Assembly (NCBI RefSeq): GCF_964213995.1
Contig: NC_135823.1
Coordinates: forward strand, 48,918,001 to 48,982,000
Length of the DNA stretch: 64,000 bases
Direction: 5' to 3'
Origin: Mustelus asterias
Lineage: Eukaryota
Below are positions 53,424 through 64,000 of the stretch, one piece after another. Below the pieces are notes generated by a model. That model was not told where the DNA came from. It made no database searches and saw nothing but the letters and a program-made list of their open reading frames with translations. Each line of letters starts with the position of its first letter. The first letter of the stretch is position 1. The position numbers were made by a program, and so were the translations under genes.

Positions 53424-53897
53424 TGATGTGGAGATGCCGGCGTTGGACTGGGGTAAACACAGTAAGAAGTTTAACAGCACCAGGTTAAAGTCCAACAGGT
53501 TTATTTGGTAGCAAAAGCCACACAAGCTTTCGGAGCTCCAAGCCCCTTCTTCAGGTGAGTGGGAATTCTGTTCACAAACAAAGCATATAAAGACACAAAC
53601 TCAATTTACATGAATAATGGTTGGAATGCGAATACTTACAACTAATCAAGTCTTTAAGAAACAAAACAACATGAGTTGTTTTCACACTCACGTTGTTTTG
53701 TCTCTTAAAGACTTGATTAGTTGTAAGTATTCGCATTCCAACCATTATTCATGTAAATGGAGTTTGTGTCTTTATATGCTCTGTTTGTGAACAGAATTCC
53801 CACTCACCTGAAGAAGGGGCTTGGAGCTCCGAAAGCTTGTGTGGCTTTTGCTACCAAATAAACCTGTTGGACTTTAACCTGGTGTTGTTAAACTTCT
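53424..53897. mobile_element. Penelope-derived fold-back element
   Basis: ~40-bp tail plus ~213-bp inverted arms (~53463-53675 / ~53686-53899); TSD TATAGAGAGTACA at 53411-53423 and 53898-53910. Confidence 0.87.
53805..53841 (+). ncRNA. Minimal hammerhead ribozyme motif (mirror copy on the minus strand at ~53521-53557)
   Basis: cac-CTGAAGA-a-ggggct-tgg-agctcc-GAAA-gct-t-gtg. Confidence 0.72.
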
Positions 53898-54614
53898 TAT
53901 AGAGAGTACAGACAGACCATTCATCCCATCCCAATAGCCCTTCAACTAGAGCTCTCAATTTTAAATCTCATTTTCCTGTATATTGTCCAAAATTGGTTAT
54001 AGTCTTTGTTGGGGATCTTCTACACATAACTGTCGCAGGGATGAATGATACAGGGGAGAGGAGAGGGCAGCCTCCCCGGAAACAACATCAGTGTGGAGCT
54101 GTCAGGCGCCATGCAGACCTGCCCTGCAGCCATAAAGCACTGCAGGGCAAACTAATGAGGGTGAAGTGGGACTTCTAACTGCCTCACCTGCCCTCTGGAG
54201 CTGCCAGCCAACAGAGTGGGCTAACAGGTCCATCAATGCCAGCTTGAGTAGGTAAGGGAGAGGGGAGGGGGTTGGTTTATGGAAAAGGGGGGGTTGACTT
54301 AAGGGGGAGATACCCCGTGATTAGCAACAGGCAGCCCCAAAAAGCAACCATTCCTCCCTCACCACCTGCCCAGCCTTCATGCATTTGAGTGAAAATAATC
54401 AGCCTTCCTGCTCCTGCCTGGCTGCACACACCAAACATTTTATAGCATAGGCAGCGTATTGTCAGAGTCAATTGACTTGATATCAAGCCTGATTCACCCT
54501 TGATTATTTGTTTAAATATGATGGGTGGGCTGCCGTATTATGGGGGTGAGGTCAGTGGTGGGATTGGTGCCCACCCAATTTTGCCTACAGGGGCTCATAA
54601 AATTCAGCCCACAA

Positions 54615-54897
54615 TCCTGCGATCCCCTACAAATATTGACACAATCTTGAGATTCCAAAAAATATTTACACACTTCTGGGACCCTTGATAAATACTGGCA
54701 GACTTCTGGGGAGCCCGTACAAACATTGGCACTTTCCTGGAAAACCCTTCAAATATTGGCATGCTCCTGGGGACTCCTACCAATATTAACAAGCTGCTAG
54801 GAATCACCTATGAATATTGACACATTCCCAGGGAACCCATTCATTTATTGGCACACTCCTGGAATTCCATACCATTATTGCCACATTTCTGGGCACA
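54615..54897. repeat. Degenerate ~30-bp minisatellite, about 9 units
   Basis: AATATTGGCACACTCCTGGGGACCCCTACA-like unit recurring at ~54631, 54661, 54691, 54722, 54752, 54782, 54813, 54844 and 54874. Confidence 0.8.
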
Positions 54898-56689
54898 TCT
54901 GTTCTAACCTCTAAAAGATAGGGTAAGCCCAGAGGACATAGGGCTGGGTACATTCTGAACACGTGCAAATAAAGGAAGTACATCATTTAATATTTTTCTC
55001 ATCCCTTGAACCCTAGCAATGCTGGCTGCTGAAAATACAAGTGCATTCCTTATATCCAGAAGTGGTAAAACCAGGGTGATGGGTTTCTTTTAAACATTTC
55101 AAAAGCTGCTGCATTATATGCAATTGATGGTGGGACAGTTGAATACATGGATGTGGGTTAGGGGTTGGTAAAGAGATTGTGCTATATTTTCAGGACTTTC
55201 TAATCTAACCACTACTGCTACCATCTAGAAAGACAAGGACAGCAGACACTACCTCCTAGAAGTTCCCTTTCAAGCCACACACCATCCTAACTTGGAACTA
55301 TATTGCCATTCCTTCACTGTCACTGTTCTCCCCATGGGAACACTGAGTATACTTACTGCAGCCGTTCAAGAAGGCAGTTCACCATCACTTTCTCGAGGAC
55401 AATTATGGATAGTAAATGCTGGCCTAGCCAGCATTGCGCACATCCCATGAATTAATTTTAAAGAATTATTATTGTGGCTCTATTCTGATTTAAGTGGACA
55501 TATAATAATTAATAACTAGCCATCAAATGTCACCAAAGCAGTTAGGAAAGATTGTCTTGTACAATGGATTGTTAGTTTGGAATTCTTTGCTAAAGAGAAT
55601 AGCTGGAATTTTTAACAACAACAATTTGTCTTTCTATAGTGCCTTTAACGTAAAACATCCCAAAGTGCCTTACAGGAGCATTATAAAACAAAATATAACA
55701 CCGAGCTACATAAGGAGATATTAGTGTGATGAACAAAAGCTTGGTCAAAGAAGTAGGCTTAAGATATTTTTTAAAGGAGGAAAACAGTAGAGGGCAGAGA
55801 GATGTGGGGATGGTTTCCAAAGCCTTTTAGCATGTCCTCTCCTAAAAGAGGAGTCACTCTTTTAATGACTAAAAGGGCAACACCTAAAACGAGCGAACAA
55901 TTTGCAATGTCAACTGGGTGTTTAATGGGAATGTGATCATGGGAGTGAGAGGTGGGTCTCATGCATAAGGTAAGTTGAGAGAGGACATGTGGGGAGATGG
56001 GATAGATACTGGTGAAAGATGCAAATACAGAGCTAGATGAGGGGGTAGCATTATAGGAGGTGTGGCCAGGGCCAGGGGAAGGGAGGAATGTGGCAAAGGC
56101 AGATGATCCATGAGCTCCTTGCACTTTTTGCTGAAGGTGAGGGTGGAGGCGACAGGGGAGAAAGATGCATTTAAGCAGACAGTTTGCAATAGAAAAAGAA
56201 ATGCTGCGGGTTATTTTCGCTTTCCTGGAAACTCTGAAGAGAAAATTCAATAAATGTTTGAAGCAGAGGATGATGAAAGACAATGGGGAGAGGTTAGGAC
56301 AATGAATAGTTTTGAATCTGCTCTAGCAAGGTGCCAGTAACGGTAGAAAAAGCCAATGTAACTTGAGATCAGACCTGCTGAGATTTTTCCAGCATTTTCT
56401 GTTGTTGTTCCCCAGAGCATTGAGTCTTCTGAATAACCAAGCTAGGATCCTACCACTACATCACCATCATATTATGTACAGTAATAAAAGTTCAAACTCA
56501 GAAACTGTCCAGCACACAGAAGCTGAGTGACTAGTGGACCACCGTCCTTAACCACGGTTTTGAGTGCTGTGTACATTGTAACTGGATATTGTCTCGTGAT
56601 CATTCCTTTACTGATCTAGGTTGTTGTCTTAATCAAGCTTCTCATGCTACTGGCTGTTTCCTTTTTTTTGTAAATTCACACCAAAAACC

Positions 56690-57225
56690 AAGGACCCAAC
56701 TATAATATGCATAGTCCTGATCTAGTTGGACAGTGAACATTCTGGTCTGTATATTACAAAAAGGACATAAAAGCACTGATGAAGCTGCAAAACATTTTTA
56801 CAAGGATGCAATCAGAACAGAGGGTTGCAAGTGTTGCAAAGACTGAACAGTTTGGGGCTCTTTTCTGTCATAAAGAGGTGAGGGGTAACCTCATATAGAG
56901 GTCTTTAAAATTATGAAGGAATTATGGTGTCAATATGGAGAAGATGTTTTCATTTGTGGGGTCCAAACTAGAGACCATAAATAGAAGATGGTCAATAATA
57001 ATCTAATAAGGGTTTCAGGAGAAACGTCTTTATCCAGAGTGGTGAAAATATGGAATGTATTACCAAAAGGTTTAGTTGAGGGTATTAGCATTTTACAAGG
57101 AATAGATAAGGGAGAAAGGACTAGAAGAATATGTTGGTAAAGTTAGATGAACTAGGGTAGAAAGAGGTTCATGTGGAGCACAAACACTGCCATAGGCCAG
57201 TGGGGCCTGTTTCTGTGCTATGCTT
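56690..57225 (+). mobile_element. Highly decayed CR1 3' fragment (similar old pieces at ~13235-13435, 46455-46700 and 60350-60900)
   Basis: Residual similarity to the ORF2 C-terminus and the GGCCTGTTTCTGTGCT tail. Confidence 0.65.
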
Positions 57226-60200
57226 TCTATGTGTAAAGAAATGCCCAATATTGGATGCAGTTAATCAAGCACATCCACCTGTTGCTCAGAATTCTGAGGA
57301 ATGTAATTAAATATAAATAGAGATTCACACCAGCTGTATTTAGCACCAGCTCCTGAAAGACTAAGACACTCGACCAAAATATCCTGAGATCGTTAGACTT
57401 CAGTAACACATGGCAGACAATTAAGAATTTTTTAAAATAAATTGTAATTTCATTTACAGATAACAAATGTCCTAAATATTGACTTGTCGCTGGGAAAAAT
57501 GTTGACTTGTCTCTGAGATTAGGTTGACCCTGGGCTTCCTCATCACTTGTATAATTCAACCCTCATATCTCAACCCACAATTGCCTTATTTCTGGGGTAC
57601 CTGACTCATCCAGTACTTCACCCAAGTACCTAGCCCTTCTAGCACATCATCTATCCAGTAACTCATCCCTCAGACATCTTGTCCCTTTCCCTGACTTCTG
57701 CTCCCTACTTCTATTCTCTCACCCCTTTGGTTCTTCACCCCTCCAGTCTCTCATTCCTTCAGTCATATTCCCCTTCAGTTCTTCATCCCTGTACTCTCTT
57801 GCCCTCCAGTAATTGCTCAAGAGATCACTTCACAAGTGAGTCTACAAAGAAAATCTTACCAGGAATTCAACCTTGGAGGCACCACAACTGAATCTCATTC
57901 TGCCCTAATGTCCGCACAGACACACAAGCATGTACAAACCCACACACCTAAATGCTACAAAACAATTTCTACACAGCACTAACAAGAGTAAGGCAAGAAC
58001 CCTAATACCATTTATAGCTTGAGGGTCTGAGCTGTAAATAATCGGGTTCATGGTCAGAAGTGCTTTTACAACTTGGCATCAAGTGTCAAATTATCGTCAG
58101 TCTGTAACATAAGTTTATAAAATGGCATAAAAGAAGTTGCTCTTTGACCCAGAAGTGACATAACCATGATTATGTTACATGTTATATGAAGTGATGATCT
58201 GGGGATGTTGGAATGTGTTAATTCATTGCAGCATGGACTAGGCTCCAGTTCTCAGTGGTGTCCTTCGATGGCATTTTGCCATGGTTCAGTAGGAATTAGA
58301 AGCAACAAGGAGCAACAGAAGTGCTTTTTGTGGTCACACTTGATCAGTTTTTATTAAAGTTCCATCCATCATTCAAAAAGGGCTTCCCCCCCAATTCCCA
58401 GTGAACACAACAAAATCAATGGCTCATTTCTTGACCACTCAATTCTCCAAGATTTACCAGGCAGGAACTTGATAGAATACCGGTTAGGGTTAGCTACAGG
58501 AAAAATCAAGAAGCTCAACACCATCCAAGACAGAACATGTCACTTGATGGGTATCCCTGCCCCTGACTTAATAGCCAGTCCCTCCATCACCAGTGCACTG
58601 TACCTGCCAGATATGGGATCGACAGAATGCATTGCAGCAACTCACCGAAGTCACTTAAGCAACTCCTCCTCCCCTGCAACCACAATCACTGAGAAGATTA
58701 AGAACACCAATGTCATGGGGCACCATTCTCTCTAGGGCACACACCATCCTTACTTGGAAATATATTGCTGTTCCTTCGTCACCTTGGGTCAATATTGTGG
58801 AATTCCCAATCTAACAGCACTGTGGTAGTATCTTCATCACACAGACTGCAGCAGTTCAAAGAGGAGGCCCACCACTCCCCTCTCAAGGGAAACCAGCAAT
58901 GAGTAATAAGTGAACCAAAAGAGAGACCCTTGCAACAGGGAACAAGCTTCCCTAATTCTGGTTGCAGTCAGGACATTTGAACATTTTGCAAACTAATCCA
59001 GGACCTCCCCCTACTGGCTGTACAACAGCAAAACATGATTCTAAATTGGAAAAAGTGAAGTTTCGTTTTTACTCAATTCAACTTTAGGGAAATCACTGGA
59101 AAGCCCACTAAAATTGGACTGTCTGCCCCTGAACCAGGCAGTGATAACCCCAAACCAAAAGACAAAATTTATAGAAATCAAGGAAGATTTAAGACTGAAT
59201 CTGACTGTAATATCTGGTCTCAGTAGAGTATTTTTGGTGACCTCAGTCGATTTAATTTTCACCTTATTAAATGTATTTGTCCTACCTGTATTGTGGTCTC
59301 TTTTCATACCTGCAGGAAATATTTCAGCTGTTTGTTGTTTCCTTTGTATCAACAATCACTGAATTTCAGAATATTTCTTTATGTGAAACAGTATAAGATA
59401 TTGTGATCTGGTGATAGTACATTATTGTGTTCATTAGTAGAATTAATAAATTTGCTTGTTTTACTGTCTATTAACTGCTTTCTTATACCTCATCTTCAAT
59501 CAATGATTAGCTACAGATCAAAGACTCCTGTCTGTGCTGTAAATCTGTATGATAAAAATATATTTAGTTACAATCCTTTCCATTTACCAATGATAAAGGT
59601 ATTGAGGTGATAATCATCAGTTCAGTCTCTGGTTCAAGATGGCGGACATGGCACCTTTGAATGGATTATAATAAGAAGTCAGCTAATGCAGTAATGAGTA
59701 ACGCAGAGGGCTTTCACAGGCTTTTCAGCTTCCTCACCTGGGCTCAAATCCAGCCTACACAAATAGGATGAAAGTCTCCTCTGTTTTCTGACTTTAAATT
59801 TGTGTATGTGGAATGAGTTTGGCATAGTGGCCCAATTCTGAGTGGGCATAGCCCTATGGAACTGAACCATTATTGATACAGTACAAATCTCACTCAGACA
59901 CACCTAAGAATGGCCAGTATGCCAAATGGGCAAAACAAATGTCACACTGGAATGGAAGCTGCTGTTTGAAGAATGTTATGCAGCCTATAATTGAACATGA
60001 AACCAAGTGACTTGAATCCTTGTAACACTAGCATAGGATTTAGAAAAAAACATGCTTCTTTAAATGTGGGAAGATAGGTCAACAACATTTCTGTTTCATG
60101 AAATTTAGTTTTGAATATATTGTGTTCACCCTTAAAGAGTAACATATCGGTTTAAGTGCGAGTCCTTCAACCACCCCGCACCATAACCCCCCACCCCCGC

Positions 60201-61121
60201 CCCCCACGTCCCGCAGTTCCCAACCCCATCATATAATTGTAAATATATGTTTTATGTTCAGAGGCATAGTTATTTTTAATAATGACAAATAGAGTTGGTA
60301 AAAGGGTTTTTTTAAAATCTCCGATTAAATCCTGGACTTTATCAATAGGGAAATGGAGCAACAAGGCAAAGAGTCTATGCTAATGCTGCACAAATCATTG
60401 ACCAGGCCATGGTTAGAATTAATGTTTTCAGTTTTAGGCACCTTCCTTTTGCAAGAATGTCAAGATCATAGAGTGTGTACAGAAAAGACTCACTAACTTA
60501 ATACCAGGGATGAAAGGCTTTGATTATGAGGATACCCCAGGAAAACTGGGCTCTTGACAGGAAAAGATTTGAGAGAAGTGCCAAAAATTATGAGAGGAAT
60601 TTGATAATTTGGGAATAACTATTTCCATTGATCAGTTAGTCACTCACTGGAAGGTGTCAATTTAAAATCATTAAAAGAATAAATGGAGAGGTTCAGAGAG
60701 TTTTCTTTACATTGAGCAACACTCAACCAGAAACAATGAGAAGCCAAAACCTATCATAAATTTTAATGGGGAAGCAAATAAATGTTTGAAAAATAAAATT
60801 CAAATTTATGTGGGAAAAGCTCAGTGGAATGTGACTAAGTGGATAACTTCAGAGAGCTGGCACAAGCACAATGTGCTGAATAGCCTCTTTCAGTACTATA
60901 GGGTTTTAGGACTCAGTGTTGACTATGTTGTGATATTAAACTTGACTCCATTTTGATTTTCCCCTCTCCACTGGGTGTGAACTGCTGCCTGGTACAGTTA
61001 AATGAAGGAACAGGAGTAGGCCATTCAATCCCTCAAGCTGTTCCAATTCATTACACAACCCATTCATTACAATATCCATCCCAACTATCATAAGGACAGA
61101 TAATTCACAAATTTGACCCAC

Positions 61122-61306
61122 TGGGTGGCACAGTGGTTAACACTGCTGCTTCACAGCACCAGGGACCCAGGTTCAATTCCTGGCTTGGGCCACTGTCTAC
61201 AAGGAGTCTGTACATTCTTCCTGTGTCTGCGTGGGTTTCCTCACACATCCGAAAGATGTGCTGGTTGGGTGCATTGGCCATGCTAAATTCTCCCTCAGTG
61301 TATCCA
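61122..61306 (+). mobile_element. V-SINE, partial
   Basis: tRNA-like head GGTGGCACAGTGGTTAACACTGCTG...GGTTCAATTCC. Confidence 0.8.
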
Positions 61307-62085
61307 AATTGAGCTCATTGGATTCTGGGAGGGATAGGGACACAGTGCTCCCAGAGAAATGGCTCATCACAGGGAGAACAGGGTCATGAAATTGCTCCCC
61401 AGAATTTCAGACAATGACACCATCTGGAGTGAGAGTTCCACAGGCAGGGAGAAGTTATATGGCAAGCTCTACCCATGATCATGAATGGATTTGAAGATAA
61501 AATGACCAAATAGGAGGGAGCAAATATGTTAATGTTGAAATTGGGCTGCAATAAAGTAAATGCTTTATGCGCATTCCTTACTATGGTATGAAAACAACTC
61601 TCACTGATGTTTAAAAACAGTGCGTACTGGGTGTTGGGGAAAACTGAAGAATTTGTGTCTTTGTAGTCTTGGAAATAAACCTGTCTAAAGGTGAAGACTA
61701 GCTTAGATTCATTCTTTCCCCAATGTACAATTAGTGGAATTAACAAATAATGATGTCCAGGCAGGTTGTGTGTTGGAGATTAACTTGGTTCCTCAGGCTG
61801 ACCTCGCCTGTTCTTAAAGGGCTGTTTGCAACTTCTATAGAACTATGGCATCCTTTGTTGTTTTAAAATTTGCTGTGCAGGAAGTAAAGGCTCATTTCAC
61901 AAATACAAGATTAAAGCTCATGATATCCAGCTATGAAAGAAGTAGGGTTATATGGGAGAGAGCTGTCCAACAATGGAGGCTAGCCATTTTTTGTGGACCC
62001 TTTGAAATGTCTTTTAAATGAGCAGGTGAATTATGGGCATTGTCCCCATTAATGAGTCTAGGGTGCATAAGGATGAAGACACCTT

Positions 62086-62418
62086 CAGCACTTGCACAGT
62101 GGTTAGCACTGCTGCCGCACAGCGCCAGAGACCCAGGTTCAATTCTGGCCTTGAGTAACTGTTCGTGTGGTGTTTGCACATTCTCCCCATGTCCGTGTTC
62201 TTCCACAGTCCAAAGATGTGCAGTTTAGGTGGACTGGCTATGCTAAATTGCCCCTTAGTGGCCCAAGATGTGTAGGTTAGGTGGATTAGCCATAGTGAAT
62301 ACACAGGGTTATGGGGATAAGCTGGGAGGGATGGGTTGGGTAAGAGGTACTTTTGGAGAGTCAGTGCAGACTTGATGGGCCGAATGGCCTCTTCTGCACT
62401 GTAGGGATTCTATGCTAT
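62086..62418 (+). mobile_element. HE1-type V-SINE
   Basis: Head, V domain and CR1-like tail as in the other copies. Confidence 0.85.
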
Positions 62419-62574
62419 GACTCTAGGGTCTTCTCTGCACACTGGACACTAAGTAGGCCGCAGGCCTCAGAATACCATAGTACAATGCAACAAATACACA
62501 TTTTCATAAGAGTTGATTCATGTAGAATAATTTGTTGCATTTACCTCAACCACTTGGTTCCCAATTTGTTTGTT

Positions 62575-63020
62575 CAAAATCCAGGCTAACAGTCCCAGTG
62601 CAGCACTCAGAGGGTGCTGAGGATCAGTGCTGAGGAAATGACGCACTGTCAAAGGTTCAGTGCTGAAGGAGTGCTGCACTGTCAGAAAGTCAGTGCTGAG
62701 GGAATGCTGCACTGTTGGAGATGCTGTTTTTTGGATGATATGTAAACCGAGGCCCTGTCTGACCTCTCGGGTAGACATAAAAGACCCCATTTCATTATCC
62801 TGAAGAGGAGGAGTTCTCTCCAGTGTCCTTACCAATATTTATCCATTGACATCATCATTAGAACAGGGTTATCGGCTCAGTATCATAATGTTGCTTGTGG
62901 GAACTTGCTGTGTATAAATTGACTGCAGTACAAGGTCTACACTTCAAAAATACTTCATTGGCTGTAAATAATTTTGGAACATTCTGAGATCATGAAAGTT
63001 GCTATAGAAATGCAAATTTG
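62575..63020 (+). mobile_element. Deu-domain SINE with an internal 33-bp tandem expansion
   Basis: Aligns with 29955-30330; three 33-bp units start at 62624, 62657 and 62690. Confidence 0.72.
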
Positions 63021-64000
63021 TGTTTATTTCTGACAAGCTGGATGTGTTGTATGATAGTCTGTCTGTGGTATCTGGTGGAACCAGGCAACTGAATGAAGCA
63101 GGTGTTGGGAATTCTAACACCAACCCAATCTAGCAACTGCCAAGTAGTTTCACAGAGAAGGAAAAGGGGAATATCTAAAAGCTGGAATTCCTAAAAGGAG
63201 AGAGTCCAAACTCACCTGGGCTGGTGAAGATGGCTGTATCTCAACTGGTCAAATGGGGCACACTGGATTCTGTTCAAAACATTTCAATTCTTTTGAAAAA
63301 TAAAAGATGTCCTTAAATGGTCAGAAAGATGGGATAAATCTGTGTGACAGCGCACGGAGCCAACAACTGCTACTGGCAGAGGGAGGCAATCGACCAGAGC
63401 TGGTGTCCAGTTACAAAGCCATTTCCATACTTAGTTCCTTTACACTAACCCAGAATACTCGGACATGAGCAACAGCAGAATTGCTAGATCAAATTAACCC
63501 AAGGGCGCACAAGGGTAACTCAAACAATCCCCTCCCCCCTTCACAAAAAAATTACATTTATATTTACTGCAGAGTAGTAGAAAAAACAGCCCTTTTTAAG
63601 TTCCATTCACTATGTTCAAGAACTACAGTCAACTTAATCTTTTCATTTTCCAATTTCACAAGCTCTCCCGTCACGCTTTTGCAGCCTGGCACCATTTGTT
63701 TAAGCCGAGGGATTGGATACATAAAAAAAAACTTCTAATTCCCAAACCCTTGAGCTCAGGCTGCAATATCAAGCCAAGTTTTAAAGATTTCAGCACCCAT
63801 CCCTTCTAAGTGTGTTTTTACAGAACCAGTTGCTTGCTGGCAAATACTTCCAGCTGCTGTTTTTCACTCTGCTGGTTAGCCTCTGGAGCCAGACTCATTG
63901 AAGTAAATTTTAAGGTTGCCAGTTTGCGGATACTATGACACTGAGCCACAATGCAAAAAAAAAGCGAGCTCGGGTAATACTGTCAATCTACCAACAAGTG

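Noticed and set aside
54615-54897. CRISPR-like array
   Set aside because: The units are contiguous and degenerate with no unique spacers, there are no cas genes, and the context is vertebrate.
59625-59960. YY1 motif CAAGATGGCGG as a promoter
   Set aside because: An isolated motif next to what appears to be an old SINE-like remnant; no CpG island or exon follows.
63216-63269. Candidate SRL exon 1 or micro-exon with a strong CAG|GTGAGT donor on the minus strand
   Set aside because: No ATG plus signal peptide; the phase-1 reading has a TGA stop. It could be non-coding but is unsupported.

Overview
Eukaryotic, repeat-rich vertebrate genomic DNA. The repeat content (HE1-type V-SINEs, SacSINE1/Deu-type SINEs, abundant CR1 LINEs) points to a cartilaginous fish (shark). 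The main gene is sarcalumenin (SRL) on the minus strand. Five conserved coding exons and a 1137-bp acidic cassette exon can be placed with GT-AG boundaries, all phase 1. The signal-peptide exon 1 was not found and probably lies beyond 64000. Downstream of SRL is an intronless GPATCH11 pseudogene split by a young CR1 LINE with an intact ORF2, followed by a decayed Gypsy LTR retrotransposon. The introns hold nested CR1s, Rex1/Babar-like LINE pieces, a decayed Harbinger-like DNA transposon and many SINEs. The most notable signal is three independent Penelope-derived fold-back elements. Each has ~13-bp target-site duplications and minimal hammerhead-ribozyme cores with co-varying stems. There are also two locally templated insertions. 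There are no prokaryotic features (CRISPR, operons). All family names come from sequence recognition, not database searches.
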